Origin: Callorhinchus milii
Taxonomy: Eukaryota
DNA: 64,000 bases
Reading direction: 5' to 3'
Assembly (NCBI RefSeq): GCF_018977255.1
Contig: NW_024704743.1
Span: 110,858,001 to 110,922,000, forward strand
In this document: positions 49,237-61,924 of the stretch, piece by piece
Numbering within the stretch: position 1 is the first letter of the stretch
Layout of the letters: each line of letters starts with the position of its first letter
Made by a program: the position numbers and the translations under genes
Notes under the pieces: model-generated
Told to the model about the DNA's origin: nothing
Seen by the model: the letters and a program-made list of their open reading frames with translations, nothing else
The model's database searches: none

Positions 49237-51729
49237 CGTGTTATGTGTACCTCTAGCAAGGTTGGAATAACAGTCTACTAAATCAAATTGCAATTTAATC
49301 TAGCACATTCATTAGATCAAACCTATTTAGCAGTGGATTAAATCCTTCATCAATGCGGCAACTACATTTCAATTTGAACTTTATACCCAACAAGCCACAT
49401 TTTTTGAATACACTGTACTGTCGACAAATATAGTAAGATGACAGTTTGGCAGGAATGCCATCAATTTTGCACCTGAGAGTGAGCATAATACATCCAAAAT
49501 AGAACAGATAATTCCCAAATATAAATAAAGAGTATTTTGACTCTCAATTCTCTTTATATTCCTGGTTTAAAATCAGAACAAATAAAATACTGAATTTTAG
49601 TCAGGCTAGGACATTGGTATTTTGATCTATCCAAATTACAGGGTTGGATTATATCATTTGATCCTTGCATTTGATTCAAATGAAGCAAATTTAAATGATA
49701 TGACCACAATATTGCTATATTGCTGGGGTTGCAATTTCCCACCGACTTCCTGTGGTATCATCCCGTTTTTTCTTGCAAGGTAATCTTACTCCCGTCTAAA
49801 TCAAAGGCCTGCCTACCCTGTATTTAATTGAAGCTCAACAGTACTATAAGTGAACCAAATGCTTTAATTGAAGAGGATACATTTTAAATACCCATCTATT
49901 TAGATGAGCAGTATGCTTTTTTCCCCTCTCTTATTTCAGATGAAGAATGGACACTGAAAGGTCAGAAGGCAATGTACCCAAATGTTTATAGGCTCATTGT
50001 CTTACTCCCTGTTGCTAGATGACATCTCTCATAGGTTTTATTGAATGTACATAGATTGTTCAATTCACAGTTATAACATCTGGCTGAGAAACAAGAATTC
50101 AGAGTTTGTGAGTTACACACACATGTATGCGTAGACACACCTTGTAGAGAATCAACCGGACAGAGTTTAGCACAAACACCCAAAACTGAAGTTACAGTGG
50201 TGATTCTTGTTCATAGATTAATGTAATGCTCAGTTTTGGTGGAGGACATTGTATTAACCTTTGTTTGTAAATAGTGTAGATTGTCATCTATTTCACAAGA
50301 GTACAAAGAACCTTTCTAGATCACTCCCCAATGCAATGATTATATAATGCTTAGAATAACCAGTGTTAATCCCACCCCTTGGACTCTTCTAAAAATAATG
50401 TGGATGGCTCCTAATAATTAATGTATTTTTTGTTTGAGGTAAAGTCCAATTTTTTTCAATTCTGCAGCTATCAACCGTCTTTCGTGATAAACAAGTATTT
50501 TGCTCTCATGCTTCTTCACTCAGTCACTTGAATGCAGATGAGACAGAACAGACCTGGCCTTCACTAAGGTAAAAAATTCAAATTGAGAATTTGACCAATA
50601 ACTTCCATTTTTTTGTGCTGTTGTTCTATAACCATAATAGTCAAAAGTGGGTATTTGTAAATTTTAGATATTTGCAGGAACAATGAGTGATAGGGATCAG
50701 AGCGGATGTAAATTTGCTTTTCAAATAGTCTGTTCATGATCTGATGCAAACAAAACAGATTCAAATTGATAAGTAATAACTCAATTTAAAAGAAGCAGAT
50801 GGCCACAAAGACTTTTTTTTCAAATGCAGTGATTTGAAAGTATATCCTGTGTCTGGTTTAGCTGTGATACTTAGTGGCAATCAGTACCATTTATGAATTT
50901 GAAACAAAAGGGTTCAAAGATACTCTCCTCACGTTAAGACTATCTCAATAGGCACATCAGTGGGACACAACCAGAGCAATATCACTGGGTATAAAGTACT
51001 AATTGATGCATCTCAAGAACAGGCAGTCAAAGAGATCAACTGTTCTTGTGATTAAAGAGCCAATTTAGTGCAGGCACCAAGTGACCAGTTCTCAAACCAA
51101 TACAGTTAAACTCCATTATAACCTAGGCAGTTTTATAACCAGTTGGAGAGTGGACCCAAAGGTTCACTTAATAAAAATCCAAAATGGTGACAGAATGCTG
51201 GCCAGCTCGCTTTAAAAGCCAGCAGGCATCTGCAAGTAGAACTTCCTGTCACCAAGAATTTCTATCTGGGTGGTGGGTAGACTACAGTGCCTTCAATCAG
51301 GCGGCCTCTCCAATGATATAGAAGCTGTGCGTTTTATTTATAGCCACTGCAGAAAGTGCCCCCAACAATTAACCCATTGAGCAGTTATTTTCAGATTACA
51401 CATAGCCTAAGGCTAAATCTCCAATCTACTTCAAAATACAAAACATGGATTTGTGTGATAACGTTAATTACTTTTATTTGCCTAATTAAATAAGATTGTA
51501 AAAATGAGCACTAAGCTGTTACAGCAGTAAATTAGCACAAAATACTGGATAGGGTCCCTGATGGTTAAAATCCATTTGCAATTTCCTTCACCAACCTCAA
51601 AGAAACTTATGAAATATGAAAATGAGCCTTTGTGAGCCCAGTGTTCGGTAAACCTTAATATTGAAGTGTTTCTTCAGAACTAAAGAATCATTTGAGGCTG
51701 TCCCCAGATAAGGTGCATTATGTTCTGTT

Positions 51730-52140
51730 AGTGTGGCTCAGTGGTAACACACTCACCTGAGTCAAAAGGTTGTGGGTTCAAGCCCCACATCAGGACTTGG
51801 AATCACATAGTCTAAGGTGCCACTCCCAATGCAATGCTGGGGTTGTGTTGAATTATTGGAGGTTCCATTCTTTGAATGAGACGTTAAACCAAGGTCCCAT
51901 CTACCTGTTCAGGTGGATGTTAAAGGTCTCATGGCACAATTCGAAAAGAGAAGGAAGTTTCCCCCGGTGTCCTGGCCAACAATCCGCCCCAAGTAAAATT
52001 GGTCACTCATTCCATGACTGTTTGTGGGACATTGCTTTGCGCAATTGACTGCCACGTTTCGTCCACAAAACAGTCAAACCACCTTACAGTAAATCCTGTG
52101 AAGTGCTTTGAGATGCTTCAATGACATGATAAGATGCTAA
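51730..52140 (+). mobile_element. Older Deu-domain SINE (SacSINE1/AmnSINE-like), near full length
   Basis: Head GTGGCTCAGTGGTA..GGGTTCAAGCCCCAC. Central GAGACGTTAAACCAAGGTCCC.TCT.CCTGTTCAGGTGGATGTTAAAG..C.CATGGCAC. Common tail. Confidence 0.78.
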
Positions 52141-53887
52141 CCCTATTAAATTCAACAAATAACTGGGCTCATTGTAAAAGATATTCAAACATTCTAACCT
52201 AGTGTATGAATTTACCCAGCAGTTAACTTTAGTGAAATTTGCTATACCATACAGTTGTCTATACTGCTGCTGATTACACCATTTATTTGCCTTGTGCCAA
52301 TAGGATGCCAGACACTGCAAATATGGAACGAAAAGGAACAAGCTATGGAACGAAAAGGAACAAAAGGACAGTGGTAGTAATGGGTTAAAAACACAGACCA
52401 TTGCTTCTTCCCAACTGCTGACCATATATGGTCCTACCTTCAGCTGGAGAGTGGGCAACCTCATTGCACTTCTTTACAACTACAGATCCTATTTATTTTA
52501 ATGGACAATTCTGAAACCAAAAACAGAAGATCGCAATCTCAGGCATGCAGCGGCAAAAGGTGCCAAGCATATCCAGCCAATCATTTTACATAGTGGGAAG
52601 AAAAACAGCAGACTGTTCTCTCTCATCCCTCTCCCCTCCCCCCAACAACTCTTTAGCAGCCAGCCCAGCAGAGGCTTCACACCAGCTTCTGGATTATCTT
52701 CAATGAAGGTCCACAAACTATGTCATCAGAAGATGAGTGGCACACGAACAAAGCAAAATGTTAGCTAAAAAGCTCTAAGGAATGCCATAGCAGCAATGCA
52801 CCAAAGTGGCCAGCTAATAGCCAATATTCATCCAAGGAGTGAGTTCTCCAATTGCAGTCAACACATTCACATGGATGCCAGGGGCTGCCACACCGGAGAA
52901 GGAAAATAAAAATGGGAAGATCAGTGAAGACAAGTCACTCTGACATGCCTTCTGGTGGCTGTTCATGCAGCAGTACTGCCAACTGCCTTAGAGGTGGAGA
53001 AAACTGGACACCATATATACCTACTAACAAACATTACTTTTATAGAATTTTTGATCAATTAGAGATCGACTATGCAGGAAGCAGGCAATGCTTCTGATTA
53101 ACTGAACGTTTCTAGCTATGGTAAGGATGTTATTCACAAAAGACATAGAAAACTAGACACAATAATTAACAAATTATTTTAATTTAACCTCAGTTTCATA
53201 GTTCTCTAGTACAACATTTCAGTCGGCATATTTGTCACTGTTAACCATCATGCATTAATACTGATCCATTTAATAAACCCCAACTCAAATACCACCAACT
53301 ATATCATCACAACATAAATTTTATAAGATAACATATTGTCTACCAGCAGACCCCAATAGTTGGTGCCAACAAAATACAACAAATTGTATTTATATAGTAA
53401 AACTCATAAATCGTATCTTTATTAATCGAATAATCCTCCAAATCATACATGCACCCAAGTTCCAATCAGTTTCCTATCAAAACCATTCAGATTTCTTTGC
53501 ACTAGTCTTATTTTATAAATAAATCATCTCTTAACTCGTAACGCCACTCCCCTATCTTCCATTGCTCTCACACTCACCGGCTGCATTGAATTGCATTAAA
53601 TGATGACCTGATCCGTCACCATGTACGCAGAAGAACTTCATTGCTTGCAATTCAATGAGAATGCAATGCTTGCCGGAAAATGTAGTCTTGACTTGTCACT
53701 GCATGCATGCTTACCGGCTGCAGTGACAAAGTACAGCAAATGCCCTTACCAGCTGCATTGAATTACACATGTGCAGTGTAGATCGATTTAATTGGATTTT
53801 AGACGACAGTTTGCCTGTAACTTGAACTTTATACAAGTTTCTAAATATTACGGTCCCAACTGATACAATTCGTAAGTTTTACTATGT

Positions 53888-54130
53888 AGTGTCTTTCACG
53901 TCAGAAGGATATCCCAAGGTGCTGGACTGTCAAGAGTTTACACCCAAGCTGGGCTTTGCAATCAAGAAAGGTGGAGGCAAGGGTGATGACTGAAGGCACG
54001 GTGAAAGAGGAAGGTTTTGAGACTGATCTTGGAGAGTCAAGGGGACTCAGGAATTGAGTCCCAGAGGAAAGGGGCAGAAAGCCTGATCCTAAAGGTGGAG
54101 CGAGCAGGGTAGGGGACATGTAGCAAGCCA
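53888..54130 (-). mobile_element. Degenerate L2 3'-end fragment
   Basis: Tail hairpin variant plus L2 3' sequence. Confidence 0.65.
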
Positions 54131-55329
54131 GTGCAGTTAAATCAATTACTAAAACAGATAAACTAAGCTTTAATAAACTATGAGCTCTTTGTACGTCTGC
54201 CTGATATAAAGTGCTTATGTATTGCTACAAAAAGCACTGAGTGGCAAAATAAGCTAAATGTTCAGAAAATTTTAGTAATAATTAGAGCTGAATTATTTTC
54301 TTCTTTTCTTGAATCTGAGGGCAATAATCTTAGATTTCAGATATTCAAAAATGGGATCTCCCATCGGAAGATGGGTGTTAATGAAACAGTGGAAATTAGT
54401 GTTGAGAGTAAATAAGCATGGCAACATATTTGAGTTACATCTGAGCAGGAGCTAAACTTAGCTCTCCCAGAATTGTGAGAGGCAGTACTTCTTAGCTGCG
54501 AGAATTTAGCTCCCAAATTTAGCTGCCTTTAATTTTGAAGTCTACATCAGTGAAACACTTAAAATCCAAGAGAAGTAATGTAAAAGGACATTTTTAAATA
54601 TTACATGTGATATGTAATTGTCCTAAACAGACAATGCACCCAGTCTTCAGTGATGTGATTATGTGATGTGTATAAAGCCCATCTAAAAATAAATCTTATT
54701 CTTAAGGGACTGGATCAAATGAACACCATCAGCAAGTCAGATATCACGTATCAAGATTAAAGCAAAAAGAAATACACCATCCTACATTTAAAGCTTATCA
54801 CAATTTTCATACAAACAGGAATGGGTTTTGGCACATGGCGCTTGTATTGCTTTAGTTCCAGGCAGCTACCTTCGAATACATGGCCACCATACTTCACAGA
54901 AAACTGAACTGCTCGAGATATTTTGCCATAGCCACTATATCAAATTCAAGGATATGCAAATTTTATTTTTAACCCCATCTCTTAATTCTCTTTCCAAATA
55001 TTCATTTTTGTAAAAAAAAATCTGATCCAATTACACATTATAGATTTCTGAGGTTGTGTAATCCACATTTTCAAAAATCTTTGTGTGAATATATATGTTT
55101 GTTTTGTAACCCATTTAGCTCTAATTTTAGGATTAGGTTGCCTTGTATGCCTGAGGGAAGTGCACCCCCACACCTACCTGGTCAATTCCTATTACGTGTA
55201 TTACTTTAACACTTCAGTCAAATTATAAATATACAATTTATATAATCAACTTTCATGTTAGGAGGATGTCAACACACTCGACCCCTTTCCTCTTCAGCTC
55301 TATGGAATTCAGCCAAAATGCATTCAGCT

Positions 55330-56040
55330 TCTCATCGCAGACGAGTCCCTTCACTCTAGGTTTGGTGAATCATTGCTGGATTTCCTCAAAGAAAGGCTAG
55401 TGTATCCTTCCTATGAAAGGGCACCCAAAACTGAACACAATACTCCAAAACAAGTATACTGTACCTTTAGTAACTTCCTTACCATTATACTCCAGACAAC
55501 ATCCCGTTAGCCATTTGATTTGTTATTTTGAACTCACTGTCATTGTTCCATATACTGTACTTGTTTTACCTGCCTAGAACCCCTGTTCGCTTTTTAAAAA
55601 ACACACAAAATATACTTTCATGGTTAGTGTCAACTCTGAATTTGGATACATTCCCTTTTACATCTAAATCCAGGTTATTACTAGAGACACTTGGGCTCCA
55701 GCAAAGATACCTAGAGGACAACTCTCGTCATTGCCTGCCATCAGAGACTTTCCTTTCATCTGCCTGCTACCTCCCAAACAGTTCTGTACCCTTATCACTA
55801 AGTTGTCTCCAAATAGATGTGTATTAATTTTAGCAAATTTCCATCAAATCCTTTCTGAAAATTTATGCAAATGATATCAATATAGCCCCCCGCCATCTAC
55901 TAGCTCTGAAGTTGTGTCCAAATTCTATTAGGTCAAACATGACATGACAATTTCAGAAACTCACATTGACTCTTCCAGATCAGTTCAGCCTTATCTATTT
56001 TTTTCTGAATAAAACAATTATTGGCATAAGTCTCTGGACT
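55330..56040 (-). mobile_element. Highly decayed CR1-like RT fragment
   Basis: Reverse motifs CCCAAAACTGAACACAATACTCCA and TCAAATCCTTTCTGAAAAT are typical of CR1 ORF2. Confidence 0.45.
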
Positions 56041-56484
56041 CAAATAGAAAGTTTAGAAAAACAGCTAACGACAATTTATACCATTTTCCATTAATTCAGA
56101 CTGAATGCATGTAAGCAAGACAATTTTAAAAATGCTTTGGCACACATATGGAATTTGGAGTACAAATTAAGAAATAAAATACAGAAAGAATAAACGAAGA
56201 AAGGAACATTCGCTGAAGACAAATAGGTGGAAGACAAGATAGCACAACAGAAATAGTATTTACAAGAAAACAGAAAAGCAAGAAACAAAACAGAATTTAA
56301 ATATTACCATCTTTCAATTTTAAAATTCAGACTGTGAAAGTTATTTTAGCCAAGATCATTAAATTAGCATCTCAGAAATTTGAGCTGCTGATAAATGTTG
56401 TAAGGATAAGTTGCTGTATTCTTGAGCCTAGCATTGCAGCCTCAGTGTCAGGAGGCTGTGCTACAATGATGAGTTTGGAGGGAT

Positions 56485-56789
56485 TATAATCGTTGAATTT
56501 GACATAGTGCCTTATCAGGTCTTCAAAATGTCTCAAAGCGCTTCGCAGGATATACCGTTAAATGGATTTAACTGATTATCTTGTGAGCAAAATGCTCCAG
56601 GAGCCAGTTGCGCACAGCAATGTGCCACAAACAGTCGTGGATTAAAAATGACCAATTTATTATTGTTTGCTTTGGAGGATTATTAGGCGTGTGGAGTAAG
56701 GAAACTTGCCCAAGGTTTCGCCTGCCTGGAATTGAACCCAGGTGTCTCGCTTGCAAGGCAAACGCTTTAACCCTGATCTACAGGACTCC
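56485..56789 (-). mobile_element. Full-length tRNA-derived SINE
   Basis: Reverse complement of the head, body and tail. Confidence 0.85.
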
Positions 56790-56996
56790 AAAGTGCCATG
56801 GGATCTTTAACGTCCACCTGAACAGGCAGACGGGACCTCGGTTTAACATCTCAAACGAAGAATGGCACCTCTGACAATGTAAGACACCCCAGCACTGCAT
56901 TGGAGTGTCATCTTAGACAATGTGATTCCAAGTCCCGAAATGCAGCTGGAACCCACAACCATCTGACTCAGAGGCAAGAGTGCCATCACTGAGCCA
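56790..56996 (-). mobile_element. 5' half of a Deu-domain SINE
   Basis: GTGCCATGGGATCTTTAACGTCCACCTGAACAGGCAGACGGGACCTCGGTTTAAC...GAACCCACAACC..CACTGAGCCA. Confidence 0.78.
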
Positions 56997-57144
56997 GGTA
57001 CAAGACCCTACTCCACTGACATTTTCAAAACAGAACATTTACTTGGCATCATCATTCTACGGAATCAAAATGCGATAAGAAAACCCACCAAAAACTTTCT
57101 TTGGTCAACTAAAAGGGTATGGGAGTTTCTACAGGTGCCCTATC

Positions 57145-57495
57145 CAACAATCCCCCAAATTGTTTAAAAAAAAAATTTGGTCAATCAATCCACCACTGTT
57201 TGTGGGACACTGCTATGCACAATTGGCTGCTGAGTTTCGCCCACAAAAATACAGTCAATTCACTATACAGTGTATTCTGTGAAGGACTGTGAGACATCTA
57301 AAATATGTGAAAAGCACTATATCAAATGCAAGGATCATTTTTATTATTAAATAAAATTGGTCTCTCACTTTATGGCTGTTTGTGAAACACTGCTGCGCGC
57401 AAATTGTCTGCTGCATTCACCCACGAAACAGTCACTCCACTTTAGGGTACATCCTCCCGACATGAAACTACACCAAATGTAAGATTCATTATTAT
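57145..57495 (+). mobile_element. Two tandem 5'-truncated SINE fragments
   Basis: The body AATTGGTC..CTGTTTGTG..ACTGCT..GC.CAA.TTG.CTGC occurs twice, head to tail. Confidence 0.72.
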
Positions 57496-57519
57496 AAACC
57501 TTCTGACGTAAAAAAAAAA

Positions 57520-57678
57520 TTACATTTGCAAAGCACCTTTCACGTAGGAGGACGCCCCAAGGCGCTGGTCAGTCAGTGTTTCGGACCAGAAGTGGGGATC
57601 GGGATTGGGGAGGGCAGGCGGGGAAGGAAGGTGATCAAAAGCACAGTAAAAGTTGAGGGTCTTGAGATGGTCTTGAAT
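57520..57678 (-). mobile_element. Short L2 3'-end fragment
   Basis: AGCACCTTTCACGTAGGAGGACGCCCCAAGGCGCT is the reverse complement of the tail hairpin. Confidence 0.7.
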
Positions 57679-58517
57679 AAGCTATGTAAATGCAATTTAT
57701 TTCTTTAATAAGGACTGAGAGATTTTTCCTGCATTCTTGTATTAAAATATCAAACATCTCAGTTTAAGATTGAAAAGGAAAAAATCTTCAGTCAGCAATA
57801 CTCATCAACTATTCTCAGGTGACAATACATTCAATTCATTGAAATGCAAATATATTCTTTAGCACTCATTCATTCTCACATTGAAGTATTTTTCTCACAA
57901 GGCTTGCAATAGCACCTTTCCCCTTTCATGATGTAAACATAACATCCGATATTCAGGGAAGAAAACAGCAACCTTTGCACACCACCAAAACAGTAACATA
58001 AATTATAACACATGGTTAAGAGACATTCATAAAATCTTAGGGTTCAAGTGACATTAAGATATTTCATGCTTAAGGTTTATTGATTCTGTTAGAATCTTAT
58101 AATCTACTCCAAGCAATCTGTTATTCTATATGCATCATAGTCCTGTTTCGTATCCCAACTTGACAAACGTCACCATGAAATAGATCCAGATAGCGTACAG
58201 GACTGACTACTATGCATCTGACAGTAACAATTTACAATGAAATCCTAGAGTAACTATCCCTTATCTGCATTACTACAAAAACGAACACGTGTGTGTGGAA
58301 AAGAAAAGGAATTGAGCAGAAAAAAGGACCATATACACGAGCAATTGAGTGACAGTGGGTTCATCTGGGACAGATGCAATTACAGTAATTTGAGACAAAC
58401 TGTTCTTCTGGACTGTACAATACCTTTCACAAGGCAGCTGTGTCTTTTCAAATTACAGCAGAACATCTCTATAATGCTGCCTCTGCAAGTCATAAAAAGA
58501 CATAATATAGCAAGAGA

Positions 58518-58803
58518 CGCTTCGTAAAGAGAGAGACCTGGGTTTGATTCCTGGCAGGGTGAACCTTGGGCAAGGTTCCTTACTCAACGGGGCTGATTAT
58601 ATCCCTCAAGATAAAAAAAAAAAATAAATTGGTCACTTCAATCCACAACTGTTTGTGGGACACTTCTGTGCGCAATTGACTGCCGCGTTTCGCTCACAAA
58701 TATGCAGTCAATTCATTTTACAGTATATTCTGTGAAGTGCTTTGAGACGTCTAAATGATGTGAAACGCACTATATCAAATGCAAGGATTATTATTATTAT
58801 TAT
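58518..58803 (+). mobile_element. Near full-length tRNA-derived SINE
   Basis: B-box-like GGTTTGATTCC, body, (ATT)n. Confidence 0.85.
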
Positions 58804-59069
58804 TTCTCTTTGACCGAGCCTTCAGCTCCCCTCTCGACTCTCTTCCCCCTTCTCGCTCCCTCCCATCCCTCCCCTCACCCTGACCATTTCTCCCCTCCTC
58901 GCTCCCTCCCCTCCCCTCACCCTGACCATTTCCCCCTCCTCGCTCCCTCCCCTCCCCTCACCCTGACCATTTCCCCCCTGCTCGGGTCATGACCCAACTG
59001 TGCAGCGCCTTGGGACGTCCTCCTGACGTGAAAGGCGCTTTATAAATGGAATCTTGTTGTTGTTGTTGT
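58803..59069 (+). mobile_element. Young, severely 5'-truncated L2 end with an internal triplication
   Basis: Nearly identical to 4871-5058 apart from three copies of a ~41-bp unit. Confidence 0.9.
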
Positions 59070-59924
59070 ATTACTATGCAATTTCTCCATTAGTAATCAT
59101 GAGCATTAAATCAAAGGTTCATTTTACTTTTAAAAAGTCAACTGACTACCAACTACAATTCAAGCCTTAGTTTGAACAAACACTTTAGAAAATAATATTT
59201 AAAACAAAAAAAACCTTCAATACACAGTAGGCAAATTAATTAGAAGATCTGGATGCCATAATTTGAGATTTCAGACGAGTGCAAACTCAAATTTTGGAAA
59301 TTCTTGTCAATTATTACTCAAGATAGGAATAAGCTAGTTTAGCATATCCAAATCTAAATTAAAAAGCGCTGTAATTAACTTTCTTTAAAAACTAAAATAT
59401 TCATTACATTGAAATTTCTATCCTTCTCATTTCACTTTCGAATCAAGCTGATGTAAACAAATTGAGATGAATCTGAAAGATGCGCACTTCCATGTTTTGT
59501 CACAGCAAAGATCCACAAGAAATTAGCAATGTCCAAAATCATACCAAAACCTACATGTTTAGTCACTTTTAGTGTGAAAACAGTCTTCAAACTACTGGTC
59601 AAATCAATAATTTTTTTTTGCAATTTTCAATTCAGTACCCATGTCACAAAACTGCTCTGAAATTGAAGCATCATGATGTAAACCTACCCAACTATGAATA
59701 TTATAAAACTACTGAAACTTCAGAACCTGTAATTTTTATTCAGCAACCAAAATTCAAGTTTCAATCCTATCAAATTCATATTAAATGTCATAAGTATCTT
59801 ACTTTTACTCAAAACGCTATGGTTAATTCTGTTTTAGCTTAGCTTGATATAGTTAATTACTTAATATTGTGTGAGGATATCCTGCAACATCTTAACCTGA
59901 CAGGAGTAAAACTCCCTTCCAATC

Positions 59925-60108
59925 CCTTCAAAAAAAATTTAAAAAATTGTTCACTCAATCCACGACTGTTTGTGAGACACTGCTGTGCACAATTGGCTGC
60001 CCCACATCACCCACAAAATACAGTCAATTACTTTGCAGTATATCCTGTGAAGCACTTTGAGACGTCTCAATGAGCGGCATATCAAATGCAAGGATTATTA
60101 TTATTATA
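59925..60108 (+). mobile_element. 5'-truncated SINE
   Basis: SINE body and (ATT)n tail. Confidence 0.78.
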
Positions 60109-60754
60109 ATTCAAAATGATCCAGTGTTGGATTTACAGACGTAAATCGGGAAACTATATTCACAGCCCAACCGGTAAAAAATACTATCAAAAAGCAAATA
60201 AAACCAAATACAATGTGCAAATAGTCTGTTGAGATGCTCCCACCCGGAAGGAATCTCAACATTTTATAAACAAACCACAAAGGAAGTTGAAACCCACTGA
60301 TGTGCAAGATCTGATTTAAGACATCCAGCCGTTTTCTCTTCCTCTTTCCCCCCCCCCCCCCCCCGCGCCAAAGCACAGAGCTTGTATTGGTCAGTAATCT
60401 GATACCCTGGTGTTATGTTCTGATCCAGGGACACGGTGCCATGTAAACAGGGTACAAGATCAAATTCCGTTTCGATCAATAGATCCAAACTGAATTCAAT
60501 CTACTGTGTAACTGGATTAAGAGAGAAGCGGGGGAAATCACCCAGATCAAAAACATAACGTCTTAGCGAACCCTCCAGTTGCCTGCCGACACTAATGCAA
60601 TCAGGGCTTCGCGGTCTGCAAGTAAATGGGAGACAAGAAAGCAGAGAGAAAGAAGCATGGCTACTCTTTCCTCCCAACCCCCCACCACCACCGCAGAGCT
60701 GAGGACGGACGGGCGCTCCCCACCCCTCATCCCACACATCAGACGCCACCTCAC

Positions 60755-61489
60755 CTCAATGCAGGGGGGCGAGGGGTCGTTGTCCCGGTGCTCGGTGTAG
60801 AGGTGGTGCCGCAGTAAAGTGGTCCTCCTGTAATTGCGGCTTCCCTTCACGAACTTGTTGCGGTTGTTGTGGTGGAGGTCGCCCCCCTCGCCCCGCAGGC
60901 ACCACGAGCAGTACATGAGGCCCGTCTCCTGGTCGTACTGAAGCCACGGGAACTCCTGCAGCCACGACCTCTGGAAAGTGCGGCGCTGAGGCAGTAGGTA
61001 GGACTGGGGCCGACCCAGGAGGGTCAGACCTGACCCCAGCCTCATGCCGCCGCAGCCCCCGTCGCTGCCCTCGAACTCCTCGTCCCGCTCCCCTTCCCCG
61101 ACCTCCTCCACCACCTCCGCGGCCGCCGTTTCCTCCTCCTCCTCCTGCTCTTCTTCCTCCTCCTCCGACTCGTTGCTGCTGATGGAGCCGCCGTCCACCA
61201 CCCGCACCGACACCTCCTCCGGGTAGTCGTCGTCCACCACCACCGTCTCCACCCAGTCCTGGTCCGTCCCCACCGAGGCCGAGCGCGAGGCCTCTACCGC
61301 GGCCTCCGCCCCGCCGGCCTCCGCCGAGGAAGGAGCGGAGGCCGGCTGGTCACAGGTGACCGACGCGGAGGCCGGGGGCGAAGCCTCGGGGTCGCAGTTA
61401 GGCGAGAGCGCGGGTGGCGGAGGTGGTGGCGGCGGCGGGGCGGGGGCCGTGCGGAAGGCCAGCGATCGCCTGCTCCTTTCTCCGGACAT
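60755..61489 (-). CDS. ZBTB10: ZBTB10 coding exon 1 (Pro/acidic low-complexity region plus C17orf113/TTF-type zinc finger)
   Basis: ATG in good context (CCGCGCC-ATG) at 61489. Peptides MSGERSRRSLAFR and FQRSWLQEFPWLQYDQETGLMYCSWC...GSRNYRRTTLLRHHLYTEH match the ZBTB10 N-terminus as I recall it. Donor GAG|GTGAGG after 60755; 735 nt, phase 0. Confidence 0.92.
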
Positions 61490-61755
61490 GGCGCGGGGTG
61501 GGGGGGGGGGGAGGTTGGGAAGGCAGGGAGGGGGAGGGGGGGAGTAGAGGAGGAGACGCTTTATATCACAACCCGCGACTCTTACACCAAAAGTTGGAGC
61601 GAGCGAGCGAGTCCGGCTCGGGCCTGACGAGCGGCGTGTGCCGGGGACAGCCTGGGGCTGGGGTGCGGGCTGGGCCGGGCCGGGCCGCGAGGTGACGAGG
61701 CTTCCTCTCGCGCTGACTGACCAACCGTCCGCCCGCCTCAGGTCGCATCGGTCTG

Positions 61756-61765
61756 AGTCGCGAGA
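61756..61765. promoter_or_regulatory. CGCG element (BANP-type, TCTCGCGAGA-like)
   Basis: AGTCGCGAGA, an 8/10 match to the consensus, inside the CpG island. Confidence 0.35.
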
Positions 61766-61857
61766 CGAAAAAAAAAAGCGGACGCGGACGGGCAGAGCTC
61801 CCAGGGTGCACCGCGCGCGCCGCCACGGCCGCCTCGCTCCTCCGCTCGCCTCTGGCC

Positions 61858-61867
61858 GCGCATGCGC
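61858..61867. promoter_or_regulatory. NRF1-type palindromic site GCGCATGCGC
   Basis: Exact match to the NRF1 core at the upstream edge of the CpG island. Confidence 0.6.
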
Positions 61868-61924
61868 CGCTGCAGGAGCCTGTGATTGAACCTGACTTCA
61901 AGTCACTGAGCTGAGGCTCTCTCT

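Larger units (their letters stand above)
60700..61880 (-). promoter_or_regulatory. CpG island covering the ZBTB10 promoter, 5' UTR and exon 1
   Basis: Abrupt GC- and CpG-rich segment in otherwise AT-rich, CpG-poor DNA; overlaps the start codon. Confidence 0.88.

Noticed and set aside
52322..52365. Short tandem duplications (also 33192-33225 and 63398-63420)
   Set aside because: Ordinary slippage duplications with no further structure.
53574..53770. Repeated ACCGGCTGCATTGAATT motifs with a 12-bp inverted repeat
   Set aside because: Probably a decayed MITE-like element, but the boundaries and family cannot be supported.
60563..60754. C-terminal part of the 308-aa ORF
   Set aside because: Read-through beyond the exon-1 donor (GTGAGG).
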